Shown here: piece by piece, positions 1 to 13,738 of the stretch | How the letters are laid out: the number at the start of each line of letters is the position of its first letter | Numbering within the stretch: the stretch's first letter is position 1 | DNA from: Raillietiella orientalis | Taxonomy: Eukaryota | Length of the DNA: 64,000 nucleotides | NCBI GenBank assembly: GCA_036172245.1 | Contig: JAYWIR010000052.1 | Location: 806,001 to 870,000, forward strand | Direction of reading: 5' to 3' | The notes under the pieces: model-generated | What the model saw: the letters and a program-made list of their open reading frames with translations, nothing else | The model's database searches: none | Told to the model about the DNA's origin: nothing | Program-made: the position numbers and the translations under genes

Positions 1-2
1 CC

Positions 3-295
3 ACTCAACCCAACCCAACCCAACTCATCCAACGCAGCCTAACTTGACCTAATCTACCTAACCTTACTTAATTTACCCAATCTGAACTACTCAACCTAAC
101 CCGCCTGATGAGACCTCACCCACCCAACCTAACTCAACCAAACATACCTGACGTAACCTACCCTTAACTAAAAATTCTGCTTCCGAGTGACCCACATGTG
201 GAGTTATCGCAATCTTAGTGCAGTGACGGAGCCTCATTCTGGAGGGGGCACCTCGAAGCCAGCACCCCTAACTCACCTGACCCTACCTAACCTCA
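3..295. repeat. Degenerate AACCT/AACCC-type pentamer low-complexity tract
   Basis: Runs such as caacccaacccaact, cctaacttgacctaatctacctaacc and ctacctaacctcac at 3-170 and 265-295. Confidence 0.75.
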
Positions 296-1333
296 CATTC
301 GGCCTCTTCTGTAGAGTCGCATCATGGCACCGACCGCTCTCTGGGGAGCCCTTCCTTAGGAGAAAGCAGCATTTGGCACCACGGAGACGAAGTGGGAGCG
401 CTTCTTCTCCCCTCGCAGGTGGGACCTTTCAAGAGATCCTTCAGGAAATGGGGACTTGAGACCATCGCTAACCGAGATCCCAGATCCCAGCCTTGGCATG
501 CGCCCTCAGCCTGCCACCCTTCTTATGGACCACGCGTCCGCCACTCCGCTTTCCTCCCTCTCTGGACCGGGCAGATCCCCCGGCCAGCGGGAGCGGATAT
601 CCGGTCCTCGAAGCGAGGTTTCCGGAAGTGGGAGGTGGGGTGGAATTCTAGGATTTTTTGGATTGCTCTAGAGTTTTTCCACCACCTGCTCTTCCGGGCA
701 GTCCTGAAGGTGCTTCCGCGTTCGAATGCTCAGGTGTGTGGCCTTCGCCTGGAGGAAACGGGATCGGCGATCTCCCCGACTGGGATCAGCCACCCGTCAG
801 GTTTTGGTCGCTGCAGCGCTGAGGGAGTGGGGAGGTGGGTGGAAACCGACGAAGGGGAAGGGCAGCGGCGCGCCTCCTCCATCCCTGACGCCCGACTGCC
901 TCCTCTCGCTCCCCGCAACTTGCATCACGGGCGTCCCAGGAATGCTGGAAGATTCAGGGCGCCGCCCATCTTTCTGGGTCCTCTGTCTGCTTCTTGGGGG
1001 TTCCCTGGGAACCTCATCATCCGCCAGACCTCACTGGTCCTACTCATCTCGCCATTCTTTGAGCCACTGGCGACAGGCAGCCGACGCGCCCACCCCTTCT
1101 TCAGATCATCAGGAGCGGCTCCAGGTCTACGACTCTCTGCAGGGTGGGTAAGCGGCAGGGGCGGAGCGCGTGCCAGGGCGTTGCCGAGGCGATGGTTTCA
1201 AGTAGGACGCGGGGGGAAGAACGCCTCGGCGGTGATGGTGGCTCCTGACAGGGGTCCGCCCTTCCCCACCGTTTTCCCGGCAGCTTGAGAAACTCCGCCC
1301 CCCTTTCACCCATTCTGTTGCTGCAGGCTCGCC

Positions 1334-1900
1334 ATGTCTTCCAGCAGCCGTGGTCTACTCGCTAGTGGTGAGCCGATCAAGGACTCGTCCCTCAAGCGGT
1401 GCCGTCGCTGGCAGGAACCGAGCGCATGGACGGAAGGTGCTCCGGAGACCTTCCGTGTCGTTCCTCCGTGTTGGACCGCGCTGTTTCGACGGGCAATTCC
1501 GCGGTCTGTCGAGGTGAGCCCTGTGCGCGCATGCGCCGTCGCTGCAAGCGCTGAACCGTTTGGCCGAGCACAGTCCCCGCGAACCGTCGCTGGACAGAAA
1601 ACGCCCGGAAGCGCGATGCCGCCCTCTCGGCCCGTTTCGCCTGCTGCCTCGCATCGGATCGTCCCCTGATGACATCATCTTCCTCCCCTCGTGTGTACCA
1701 AACGTGTGGAGTCCTCCAAACTTGTATTCTGGCCCCTCGCACTGTTCTTTTGGGGTGAGGGTACGTCCAGCGTCACCTCCGTTGAGCCGGACTCTCGCCG
1801 TCCTCCACGGACAGTCCGAGGACGGTCCGGGGATTGCTTGCCACCAGGGATGCAGCGAACTTCCTGCGTCCGCTCACCCCACGCCACTTCCCTCTCGCGC
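1334..1900 (+). mobile_element. Possible degenerate L1/Tx1 ORF1 remnant
   Basis: Frameshifted peptides 'AASAEPFGRAQS' and 'LYSGPSHCSFGV' resemble the ORF1 'ALxPFGxV' and 'YxGQPxxCxxCG' motifs; weak. Confidence 0.25.
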
Positions 1901-2289
1901 GCGTACAGGGTGGAGCCTCTCTCTCTTTCGCCTTCAAGCCCCTCTCAAAGGGATGTCCACACCGGGTAGGATCGTGCGCAGGAGTGGAGTCCCCTTCCCC
2001 CCTCGTCTACGCGTCGGTCGCGGACTCGCCAAGTGCCATTTCTGTGGCACGGCAGTCTCTGGTGCCCCGATGGCGCCTCCTCGGTTTCTCGACTCTGCGG
2101 TGTGGGCTGTGACATAGGGTCATCTGTGTCTTCCTCACAAATGGCGATCTCCAATCCCTGGAGGGCGATGTTAGCCACTGTCCACGCCTTTCGAAGGCGC
2201 GTGCAAACTCTTCAATTTGAGGGGAGACCACCCTGTGGATCGGGAAGGCTCCGAAATAAAACGCGTCCGCTCTTCCTACGCTAGGGTGG

Positions 2290-2940
2290 GAATCTGGAAG
2301 GGAATCTTGTTTCTTATTCTCTCCGGAGGGGCCCCCTGGAGGGGGCTACTCCTCGTTTCTTCTCCAGAGGTAACACGGAAAGGATCACCGCCTTGTGTGA
2401 CCCTCTGAAGAGAATCCTGAAGGGATGCTCCCCGATTTCCCCGAAGGGCACTCTCCCTGAAAGGAGCTGCGCACTTCTAAGACACTGGAAAGGCGACCCC
2501 TCGAGGGAAGTGGTCAACCAGCTTCATGGTGCGGCTCCTTTTCCAAAACCGTAGAGGAACCGAAGAGCCTCCCTGATTCCTAGAAGGACTCCGGAAGGTA
2601 CCTCCAAAAATCAAGGACTGGTAGGAACTTCCAGGAGTCAGCACGGAAGGGGGCGCCCACCTCTTCCAGCTTGCCGCAGTTGCCTGCTGCCACGCACCAG
2701 CGATGGCGGTGTCCAAGGCATAGGAGGGGATGTGGCCGCTGCCGTTACCCTACCAAGAGGCACGATGTGGCACGATCTGAGTGGTGGATCCGGCTTCTAC
2801 CATTGCCGCATCCTGGACCAACCAGCACACGACGCACCCCGTTTCACGAGGCGTGAACCCTACCCCAGGCGGGATTCGAACCCGCGGCGCCTGGTGCCAC
2901 GCGCGCGGAGAGACTGCAGCCGCACGGGCGCCAGCGCGGG
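2290..2940 (-). mobile_element. tRNA-headed SINE-like element, copy 1 (interrupted at ~2670-2775)
   Basis: The minus-strand head at 2863-2940 has the B-box GGTTCGAATCCC. The body at 2290-2640 is homologous to 29170-29500, 43470-43690 and 59510-59830. Confidence 0.7.
2677..2772 (+). repeat. ~96-bp dispersed direct repeat, copy at 5444-5540
   Basis: gcagttgcctgc.gccacgcaccagcgatggcggtgtccaaggcatagga...gaggcacgatgtgg occurs at both sites. Confidence 0.9.
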
Positions 2941-3196
2941 TGTGGAAGGGGGGAGGAAGGGGAGGTCTGTACGGGCATCCAGTATTCCAGGGACCCGTAC
3001 TGGGAGAACGGAATGGGTCACGCAAGTCCACCCTTTCAGTGGCCTCGCTCGAGCATCTGGAAGTGGGTCTCTGGAGATCAGGAAAGAGGCACTTGATCAG
3101 GAAGAAGTCCTTTTTTTTTTCCCAGCCTGCACTTTTTCCAGAATCCTCTGGATCGGCCTTGCTATGGACGCCACCGATTTGCGATCGAGCGTGCGC

Positions 3197-3286
3197 ACGA
3201 GTTTTGAGCGCCGTTGTAAGACGAACGCGCGCGGGACCAAGCATCCGCACGCGCGCGTTCGTCTTACACGGGCGCCCAAAACTCGT
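3197..3286. repeat. 37-bp-stem hairpin with 16-nt loop (3 mismatches)
   Basis: 3197-3233 acgagttttgagcgccgttgtaagacgaacgcgcgcg pairs with 3250-3286. Confidence 0.95.
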
Positions 3287-3399
3287 CTTGCATTCATTCG
3301 GGATTGGACCGGTCCACCTTCCTCGCAACGACTGCGGTTGGCCCTTTCCACCAGGTGCACTCATTTCCCCCATCTTCCATGGAGGTACTGTCGAGGGAC

Positions 3400-4258
3400 G
3401 GGAACGGGGCGCGGAAGAATCGGGCACGCGGGAAGGTCGCACGCTCGCGGTCTGCCGGTGCTCCAGGGTCGGAAACGCAGACCAGCCGGAGGTGTTTCCG
3501 TCGCAACCAAGCAACCAAGCCGAAGCTTCGGAGACGATCCACACGCGTCGTCCCCACCGCACCTGCGATCGCAAAGTCGGTTGGTCAGTGGGCGCGCGCG
3601 AGAGCACCGCCTCCCGAGCGGGCGGTCACCGATGCACCGCGTGCTGGTCAGTTCGGATGCCACTGTGGGATCGAGAGAGTGAGGTCGCGGCAGCGACGAA
3701 GTGGCGCGTTGAGGACGAGCAGGAGCTGGCGCAAACGGCAGGCAGGTGGACCGGGGGGAGACGGGTGGCGGAGCCCGCTGCCTTCCTCGTGGACAACCGG
3801 TCGGCATGGACACGGTCGACCGCATCCCTCCTCCCCGTTTGGCGGCCGCCGTTCCGAGACCCTCCCCATCTCAGTGCTTTCGGCTGAGATTGAATACCGG
3901 TGCAGTGCCCTCCAGGCAAATTCCTCCCGTTTCAAGGATTCCTTCCTCCGGTGCACTTCCGAGGTTTCCTCGCCATCAGGGAGCGCTGGGATGCTCGGGC
4001 ATTACCGAGGGCACCTATTCTACGCGCGTGGGCGCGCGCCCGCTACTACCCTCCTTCCACCGGTGGTTGACCACGGAAGCGCTTCTTGACGAGCGGCGCA
4101 GCCGGATGGGCACCGAGGCGGCGGCTTCCCGCCCCCGCCATGACGACAAGATGTCTTCAGCCGGTGGGGTTGCACTCGGCAGTATCCCGCCCAGGAGACC
4201 GCATCCCGGAGATCACAGGGGGCTGCCGATGACCGCCCTTCCACGTCCCTGCACTTGA
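3400..4258 (-). mobile_element. Degenerate L1/Tx1-like reverse transcriptase remnant
   Basis: 'PACRLRQLLLVLNAPL' resembles QGCPLSPLLFxLxxEPL. DNA at 4060-4258 is homologous to 9760-9935, which encodes an SPGxDG-like segment. Confidence 0.5.
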
Positions 4259-7200
4259 AAGGTCCTTTCCTTCCTCCGTTTGGCACCCTTCCTCTCTCAT
4301 CCTCCGAGGAGAGCCTGCCGGCGCCCAGCCAGCTACCCAGAAGTCTCAAGGCCTTAGGAAGACCCGCGCCCAAGTCCAATCGCACTTTGTGTCTCCCGAA
4401 GGACCAGCTGCAAGAAGCGGTTGCAAAGGAACGTCGGAGCAGCGGCGGAGGGACTGCGCCCTTGCGTAGCCTACGTGGCTGCCCCGCGCAGTGATACGAA
4501 CGCGGGGGGCCGCGACCGCTGGTTCTCGGGGTTTCCTTCCCACCTCACCCACCCCACGCGTGTACGCAGCAGCACTCGGGATGCAGACCTCTGGAGTCCC
4601 AGGTCCAGAATCGGGGGGTGTGTCGAGCCGTGGCAACCAGACAGGGGAAGTTTCTTTGGAACGGCTTGCTCTTTATCTGGTCGTTTCGTAATGGCGCGGA
4701 GGGATCCGGCAGGGAAGCGGGAGATGTCCCGCGGAAGCTGTGCCGAAAAAGAGCTCCCTTCTTGCTCCTCTCCCTCTTTTGCTCTCCCTCCACCCTCCAT
4801 TCCTTCATCCCTTGCTTCCCAGGTCCTTCTGACCAGCAGAAAATAAAGGGAGAAGCAAAGAGGAAGGAAGCACGTGGATGCTGGGAAGGCATCTCTCTTC
4901 GTCCGCGACGAGAGGACCCTCGGTTTGTCGCGAGTTCCGGATGAGGAATCTCCAGAAGCTTCGGGTCTACTGCGAAAATTGAGGACGTTTCCTTCGTCCA
5001 GCCGCCTCCACCCTCTTCCCTCCCCCCGAGACTGCGGAGACTACCCGACCTTCACGCGACGCGCAGTCGGCATCCAGAAATCCCCTCTGAGTCTACCTGC
5101 CCTGAGCCCCTCCATGGGGAGAATAAAGGAGGCGACAGCGCCCAGAAGGCAGCGCTGCGGTCGTCTGAGTCAGCGCTCCCGCATCAGCTGCCAGAATCGG
5201 CTGAGGGTTTTTGCCCGGTGGAGCGACCTTTTCGTGGGGACTCCGCGACCCAGCGGATTGGATCGCACCCACGGAGCTCACCCATCCCAGAATGGGAACG
5301 CCACCATCTTCCTTCAACGAGCGCTCCAGGGGCGCTCGGAATTCACAGCAGGGATGGGCGCGTACTGGGGCGGAGCCTCACTCTCGCGACGCTGCCCTCG
5401 GGGCAGCCAGCACGGAAGGAGGCGACCACCTCCTCCGGCTAGCGGCAGTTGCCTGCCGCCACGCACCAGCGATGGCGGTGTCCAAGGCATAGGAAGGGAT
5501 GTGGCCTCTGCCATCACTCTACCGAGAGGCACGATGTGGTACTAGCTGAGCGGTAACAGGGCGACGAGGGGGCAGATGCCTTGCGTCATTCACGGGACGG
5601 ACGGTCGGACGAGGCCGAGATATCGGAGCTAGCGCCTTGGTTTTCTCCCCTTTCATCTCTCCCTCCTCCAGGCTGCAGGGTTCATCGGGAATGTGAGAGA
5701 CCACAACCACGAGGCCGGTCCCCGCGCCGAGCGCAACGATTGGTCCTCCTGCAGCTTCCTTCTTCCCTTGGCGCGCTTCCGTGACTGACCCTTGCTTCTT
5801 GCGCCTCCATCTAGCGACTTTGGATTCATGGCGCGGCATGTCAGGATTAGTTCGCGGCACGTCGAGAGCATGGCAGCAAGAAGCCGTGTCCACCAGCCGC
5901 AGCCGGCGTCTCGGGACCTTTTGCCCCTCCCACCTCCTCCCTGCCAGCCTAGAGTGGTGCGGGCTCCGGAAACTCCCGCTCTTCCCTCTGCGCCCCACCC
6001 GCGCACCTGCCGCTGTGTGAGTCGGCCGGCCGGGAAGCTCCGGAGCATCTCGCTGGCGCCACAACGGCTGCCACCTCCGGTCGGAGGGGCGCAAGCGCGC
6101 TACGGCACGTTGGGTGCTCTCGCACTGACCGGAGAAATGTCCTCGCGAAGTGACCGCGCGCACACTGACCAGGATGCCGGCTAACTCCCACGCGCAGGAT
6201 GGTCAACGGTGCTCCTGTGACCCCCCTGCAGGGCGACCCAGCAAGGTGCGCAGCGGAGTTGAGGTGGCAGCAAGGAATGGAAGGGCGCACCGACCGCGGA
6301 CGAGGGAAGGGGTCGCCAGTGATCTCATCTGCACCACGGGCTGAGCTCTCCGTGGGGCTTATCCCATCCTCGTAGGACCACTCGCCGTCGTACACAGCAT
6401 GGCAGTAATCAGGCTGTTGGTCTCCCTGCGTGACCACCGTCCCGTCAACTCTGCGCCTCCCTGTGGAAGCGGGTTCGCCAGGCGTCATGTGTCCTCCCAC
6501 AGCAGGGTCCCTGAGGCGCTCCTTGACCCACTGGCGTCGTAGGGAACCGCTTCAGCTCAGCTGCAGGTGCGCACCAAAGGTCACAGAGCGGCTGGGCGGT
6601 TGTAGTGTTGTGATGGATGGACCGCCTGGGTTACCTTAGCGCTGGATTAGTTCTTCCTTGCGATGGTAGGTGTTGAGGGGGGTACTCTTCCTCCTCACGA
6701 CACTGCGATGCTCTCGAGAGGTTTCCCTTGAGATGGAGGCTGCTGACCTGGAGCATCCGTCCGACGCCGAGCGCTCCCCTTACTCTTCCTGATGAAAAAC
6801 ACGCAAGAAACGAAAGGTTTGGTGGTCCCGGAGCTCTTTCTTGATTTTTTGCGCGAATATGGATGTAAAGCTCTCGTGAGAATCCAGGAAAACCTGCATC
6901 TTCTGGGTCCGGCACGCTTCGCGTGAGCATCGTAAGCTGGGAGCATGCAGCCTCTGCTTTCCCGGCATCCTCGCACGATGCTCGGAAACTCGGAGGAAAA
7001 ACCGGAGGAGCGGCGCTGGACTGCACCCCTCCACCGCTACTTCCGCTCGCCCGTTCCGAAAGACCGAACTCCCGACTGTTGCTCGGAGCAGGTGGGCGTT
7101 CCTCCGTGATTTCCCGACCTCCCTTGCTCCTGGAGGCGCTCCCTAGCAACGGAGGGCATCGAATCCATCCACATTCGCATTCTGGGTCTCCAGCGAACGA

Positions 7201-7599
7201 ACGGCTTGCCTCTGCCTGCTCAGGCTGGTCATCCAGAGGCCTTCTCGTTTCCCGAGTCAGGCGATGATGGCCTCAGGGTGGCCATCGCTCCTCTCCCTTA
7301 AAATTCCGATTCGCGTCAGGAGTCTGGACCACGCCTCTTCTGATCGAGGAGCTGCTGCCCCGAGGGCGCGCCTCAGACCGCAAGGTCTCAGGCTCCGAGC
7401 CCATTGACCGCGAAGGTGTTATCGATCTCAGGAACGGCGAGGACCTCTCTGGAGATCTGTGAGCCACACGTCCATTTTGTGTTTTTTTTTTCTTTCCTTT
7501 CCTTCTCTCGTATTCTTTTTGATCTCCTGCCAGATTCGATACGATCCAAGCATCCTTTTGAGATCAGCATAAACAAATGGTTATTCCCTTTGTCTTCTT

Positions 7600-7810
7600 T
7601 AATCATGCTGAGAATACGAGCCTGAGAGTTGACAACAGTTCACCAGTGAAGAATCCTCGCTCAACACGATCCGGTACGTTCAGATTACGGCATTTCCTAT
7701 ACGTCAACTTCCTCCGTTTCCCATCCGTCTTGCGCACGAACCAGAACGCGACCTTGGCGATGCCGAGCTGGCTGGAGGCTGTTCTATGAATATCCTGGAC
7801 CTTCCCGTTA
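7600..7810 (-). mobile_element. Possible Ty3/gypsy RT N-terminal remnant
   Basis: Minus frame 'VAFWFVRKTDGKRRKLTYRKCRNLN...ELLSTLRLVFS' resembles 'xxFVxKKDGxxRxCxDYRxLN...ELLxxL..VFS'. Confidence 0.3.
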
Positions 7811-8899
7811 ACCAGACTTCAAGCTACGGACAAATTGGAAGGCGAACCGAACCCAGGCCGACCGAGAGAAATCCCATCTGGCTGAAGCTAGAACCCCAGG
7901 CGGTTTGCCTTTGCGAGTTTGCGCTTCCGGGTTCTTCGGAAATTTTTTTTTCTTCATCTGCTACTTCATCATGAATGGAATAGCCTCCTGTGGAGATCCT
8001 ACGCTCCCGTCCCTGTGCTGCATCCGCAGCAACGGAGCAGCCAGACTGGCGATGGGAGAAGTCATCCTCCACCTCCTCCCTTCCTTCTCTTCCCTTCCTT
8101 CTCTTCTTTCTCTTCCTCCTGCTCCTCCTCGCAGGAAAAGAGGTGGGAAGGTAAATGCAGGGGCACAGGCAAGAAAGCGCCACGACCACCCGCACCGCGC
8201 TGTTCCTCCTCGGGAAGACGCCAACGCCGACTCACCGGAGGCTGGGCTCTGGAAGCCCTGTGCGTCCGGTGCTGCCACCACCCGACTAGGGAGACTTTAC
8301 CCCTGAGGTCGCACCGGGTGGCAGAATGGCTCCCCCTCAGTGCATCCGCTGCTGAGCGGAGGATTCACGCTGAGTACAGAGGGGTCAGTTTACTCCACTC
8401 CCCACTTGTTTCGTTCTTCATCTGTTATCCTCCCTTCCTCTTCCTCCATTCCACATCAGCTCCGTTCCCGGTGAGGGCGGTCCCTGCTGCAAAGAGAAGA
8501 CACATGTCGATGACCAACACTATTAACGAATGGTCCGGCAATCCGTGACGAAAAGCTCCTCTTACCGAAGTAGGATCTCATTTCTCCTCACTGGGGACGA
8601 CCAGCAGCATTTCTCTCCGTCCGCCGGAGGGTCTTTTCCTCCTTCCTTCACACAAGCGACCTGCGGGTCTTTAGCGAGACCCCACTGCTCTCGCGTTCGC
8701 GCTTCCTTTGGAGGAACGGGCACGAAGGGTTCTGGCCAGCGCCATTCCGTGACCTGGTGTCCTGAGGACAGAACGGGCGGACACGGCGCAGTCCCTCCGT
8801 GGATGCTTTTCCCAAAGGGCATGGAGAACCCCGGCATCTCCGTACTGCCGGTGCTGCCTCTCGCGGCGCTCCCGGGGTTCATCCACCGTTCTTCTCCGG

Positions 8900-11330
8900 G
8901 TGACGACACCCCCCCTTCCCCCTAGGGCAGGGGTGAGTCGACCAGGATGTCCCGTTCCGGCTGCCGCCGCATCGCGCCGGACGGGTCTCCTCCAGCAGAC
9001 ACCCGATGCCGCCTGGAAGGAGATCCCCTCCCTTTCGCTTTTTCCGTCCCTCGGCACCTGCGCGCGCGCTGGGCCGCTCCCCCACTCCAGGCAGGCAGAC
9101 CGCGAGGGCGTGAGACTCCTTCCCTTCCCCTTTTCCCTTGCCCCTGACGGCAGCGCGCCCCCTGCTTCCGGACTCGTCGACGCTCGTGCCTTACGGGTGC
9201 GCGCCGTTGTCTGGCAGCAGCTCTCCGTCGTCCAGGGCAGTAGCCGCTTCCGGTGCCCCTCGGAGACCCTCACGGCGCAGGGGCACCCCGGCCCAGCCCC
9301 CGAGTGAGTAGCTCCGCGCCCAGCAACGGGTGCTCTCGCTCCCAGCCGTTCCCGTCTTCTGTCTCCGGTTCGGAGGGCATCTCGCTGGAGAAGTGACCTC
9401 CACACGTCCGCCAAAATGAGGTTTGCGCATTTCCCCCGTCGCTCCCTCTGCCGAGGATCCATGCCACAGACTTGTTGGTTTGTAACCGTCGAGCGAAGGT
9501 GTGGCGGGACGGTTCGCTCCCGCCTCTCCCCCGCGGGAGAGCTCGCTTCGACCACGAGGCTGAAGCTCGCCGACTTCAGCACGGGTCGACGCATGGTGTT
9601 TCAGGCCGACAGCCTACAGAACGCTCTCGCAGCTCCGTTTTTCCTCCCGCATCCCACTCTTTGGATTGCGTACCCTATTATCACAAGGGTCTTCCAGGCC
9701 GAAATTCAAGCTCCGAAGGCACGACGTGCGACCGGCCGACCTTGCCACCCTCCTGTCTCCGGCAGTCGACCCCGGGAGCACCTCTTGAAGCGCGGGGCAG
9801 CCGGAAGGGCACCGAGGCGATAGCAGAGATGCCGCTGCCATGACGACGAAGGGCTGCACTCGGCAGCATCCCGCCCAGGAGACCGCAGGGGGCTGTTGAT
9901 GATCGTTCTTCCTTCCCACGCCCCTGCATTTGGAAAATTCTTTTCCTTCTCCTGTTTGACGGCACCCTCGGTCCTCCCCGGAGGACTCGGCATTCAACTC
10001 CAAGCGCGCTCCTGTCGCGTGGGCTTCTTGTTGGAGGTCACAAGGAATGCATCCGGGCTCCAAGAGGCTGTCGAGAGACGCTGTGCCTGCACTAGGATAA
10101 CTCCATCGGTTGATTCGGCGGGGAGGGGGAAGGCTTTCTCTCCGAGCTGGGTGGGGGGAGGGGTAAGAGCGAGTTGGCCGCCCATGTCTTGACTGAGTCT
10201 GACACCAGATGACTGTTGCTCTAGGAGGGGACGTGACCATGAAGAGGTGCGCGCCGCCACCCCCCTTTCCCCTCCCCCCAGGTGGCGACCAGAGTGTCTG
10301 CGTCCGTGAAGGTGCGGGCAGCCTTCAACCAATGGCGTCTGGTCTGACTGCAACCGCCCTGAAGTTCCCTCCTGTTGCTCCTTCGAGTCTCGGCCACGTC
10401 GGCGCGCGCGGGCGATGGCGAACAAGGCTGCTGCTGGTGCTCTGGGAAGGGGGCACGCTGTTGTTTTTGAAAGACGCCAGTCTTCTCACATCCTCACCCT
10501 CTCCCCATGGACGCTGCTGTTGCTGCTGATGATACGCTGAGCAGCAAGTCGGGACGGGATGCACGCCGCAAGTGGGGGTCAGCGCAAGCGCGTTCCGTCG
10601 AGTAGGAAACTACCCGGCTGGCTCACACGGGGAGAGGCTCCCTCCCCGATCGGGAGATGCCTTCCAGCAAGGGCGCGAGAGGCCGCAACGCTCCGGACGC
10701 TGGACGGATGCTGGAGGGGAGGTTCCTCGCGCAGAGGTGCATGATGGCGGGAGAAACAGCCGACCTACATTTGGCATCGCTCGAGCGCCCACGAACTTGG
10801 ACGCCAGGCCAGGAGCCGGCTCCATCCTGTAGGTTTTCCGAGGCTGCGGCATGCCTCAGAGGCGGTCACCATGGGGACCTCTTCCTGCCGCTCCACTTTC
10901 AGCGCGGAGGGGAGGGAGCGGCGCCGTTCAAGTGCTGCGGCCCCACCTGCTCAGCTCAGACCTGCTGCGTCGGATCGAGGACGAGGGAGCTGGGGAGGAG
11001 GCAAAAGGTTCCGTTGGTAGTGGTGCAGATGGCAGCACCATCCTCCTTTCCACTCACCCACCCACCGCCTCACCCATGGAAACCTGACGCAGCCCCTTTA
11101 CAGGGTGGGAAAGTGTGTCTTCTTCCGCGACCGAGTCCGGAGTCCAGGGAGGACCAGTTGCTCGGGTTCCCAGCCTTCCTTTCTCCCGATCTCTGGGATC
11201 TCTTGCAATGCGGCAGGAAGGAAAATGACCATCTCGGGGAGTTTATTTTCGGGAGCGTCTTCCGGCTCCCGACTGACAATGCAATGGCTCGTGGGAATGG
11301 CTGACGATCGATCTTCCTTTCAGAAAGTGA
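8900..11330 (-). mobile_element. Degenerate L1/Tx1-like ORF2 (APE endonuclease + RT)
   Basis: Motifs occur in the expected order across frames: 'ALQEI' (~11200), 'LNGAAP', 'HGDRL', 'RSPGRDAAE..W', 'GRPVA', 'FRPGRPL', 'VCGMDP'. Confidence 0.55.
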
Positions 11331-11777
11331 CGTTAATTATCCTGAAAGTCAGGATGTTTCCCCCTATTGTTGGAAGAAGGATGCTCCGGAGGAACAAAAT
11401 CGGACGGGGAGCTGTTGGGACGGTCGCGGTCTCCGCCTCGGGCGAATCGGGAGCGGATCCAGAAAAACGGGGCCAGAGAGACTCCGCGGATGATGAACCT
11501 CGGTGACGGGCGCACCGACACTCCAGAAGGCCTCCCTCGGCTTCCCATTTCACCTTCCTGATTTTCCTTTCTCTTTCTTTCTCCATGTTTTGCCTTTTCT
11601 AGAAGCAAGAACCAGGCGGACGCAAGATGGCGATGAACTGTTCAACCGGTGAACAAGGGGCGGCTATAGAGGGGCCTTCCGTCGGTCTAACGGATCGAAG
11701 AGCTCGTTGTCGATTTGGGGTTGCTTCCACCCAGTCCCTCCAAACGGCCATAATATCGTCTCAGTATCAGGTTACGA

Positions 11778-11882
11778 GAGGAGAGGAACTGAAGAGGAGG
11801 AGCAGGAGGAGGAAACAGAGGAAGAGAAGAAGAGGAATGGAGGAGGAGGAGGAAGAGAGGAAGGAAAGAAGAAAGGAGGGAA
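11778..11882. repeat. GA-rich (GAG/GAA) low-complexity tract
   Basis: gaggaggagcaggaggaggaaacagaggaagagaagaagagg... Confidence 0.85.
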
Positions 11883-13738
11883 GTCTTCACTGCCCTTTGG
11901 TTTCTGGAGAGAAAGGGGAGCTCATAGCAACGTGCAACTCCGTAAGAAGAGTCCTTGCATCTTCCTTAAGCGGGTTGCCTAGCGCCGGTTCTTCTTTATT
12001 AAGAGGCTAGGAAAAAGTTCGGCTTTTCCGAATTCCTTTCCTGTTTAGGGAAAAGGAGAAGAAGGGCAAGGAATCATCTGCTCCCTCCCCCGAAACCTCT
12101 GCCTCTCCAAGGTCGTCGCAGTTTTCGAGCATCTCCACAGCGCGTCGATCCCGGTTCCTCGGAAATTTATGCGTGGCAGATGGCTTCGGGGGAACGTCCC
12201 ATCGGCAGTGGCGCGGAAGGCTGCGGCGCACGCCGAGCGAGGGGGGATCTCTCCGGAAAGATGCAGGCATCGGGATGTGACGGATGCGGCGCTCCATCTC
12301 CTTGAAGGCAGAGATTTTCTCTGTCAGTGCTTCAAGCGAAGCTGCTCCTTTCATCTTTTCTCTTCCTTCTTCCTTCGTGCCTCCTCCTCTCCCGCGCCTC
12401 ATCCCTCCGCTTCCACCTTCGTCCCTTCCCATCCCGCCTGCTCCCAATCCGACTACAATCGGATCTTCGGAAATCTTCCCGGATCCCAAAATGTATATTT
12501 TAAAACCGTCCTGCTCCCGGAAGATCTCCTGCATCCGTCCTCCTCGCAGCCGGTTCGTCTCCGAGCGCATCTTCACGCATCGCTCATCACTTATTCATTT
12601 CGCCGCCGGCTCGCGCATCCATCACGGCTGCGAAAATTGCCCTCGGGGGATGCAAAAGGATGGAGTTTTTCTTCTCTGCAGACGAGGGAGACGACGCGCG
12701 GTTTTCCCGGTAACCCCATCGCGAGCGCGCCTCTGAGAAGCGCTGCACCCTCTCCCCCCATTACCAAGGGATGGCTATGGGGGGAAAGAGGCACGCTTGA
12801 GGAGCGCGCGGCTCCGGGAACTCCTCGGTGCCATATTTGGAGATCCACGGCGGGAACACCGGTGCAGGACTCCCTTCCAGAAATACCGGCGACGGGAATC
12901 GAAGTGACCCTTTCCCCCTTCCACTTGCTCGGGGGAGGGATCGCAGCCAGGAAGCGGAGACGAGGGGCAAGGGCGCACAACCGTCGGGGCTGCCGAGGAA
13001 AAATCCCGCGGTCGTCCCTCGCGCCTCGAGGACTCCCGGAATGGCCGGTGAAATGACTCGAAGGGGACGGGTCAGGTCGGCATTCTCCCAGAGGTCGAAG
13101 AGAAACGCTTCCAAGGTGTGCTGCAGGAGCCGAGAGCAGCCGGAGGCGCGGCGTCCATCTCTAGAGGTTATGGGAGGCGTGATCACCTTCCCTTGCTCCC
13201 CCTACTCCGTCGTCTTCTCCTCACGACGGCCATGGGAATGAGGGAAAATTGCCCTCGGGGAGGAGGGGGGGTTCCGAAGCTTTTACGTTACACTTCCAGA
13301 ATCTTCCGGCAAGATCTTGCATCCCCAGCTCCAAGAGCCGCCAAACAAATCCAGAAGGGACGGCAACCTTTCATTCCGGTCCGCCGCTTTTCCGGGACGG
13401 ACTCCGATCCCGGTGTAGAATTACGGGACGAGGAAATGCTTCAGTTTGCTGTGGCGTCTTTTGGTGAGGAAGGAAGGGAGAAACGGTCCACCGGCTCGCC
13501 TGTTCTCCATTAGATGCCATTGGAAACTTTGCCTCTGGGATCTCTGGACCTCTCGGCTCCTCCCACTCCATAGAGGTAAGTCTTTAATGGAGAACTTCTT
13601 GCATCTTTTACAAGATACGCCGGCAGCACTGCGATAAAAAAAAAAAGGAAAGAAAATGCGCATGTCCATGGGGACAGTCTCTTGGTCTGCAAGATACCTC
13701 TCTCCACGCTTGCACGCCTTTACCAGGCTCTTCATCAG

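Noticed and set aside
105..112. Hammerhead ribozyme core CTGATGAG
   Set aside because: No downstream GAAA core or supporting stems.
1..300. True (TTAGG)n telomere
   Set aside because: The pentamers are highly degenerate and interrupted.
2863..2940. Functional tRNA genes at the B-box sites (also 13739 and 29670)
   Set aside because: No convincing cloverleaf, and each is fused to the same repeat body, so they are SINE heads.
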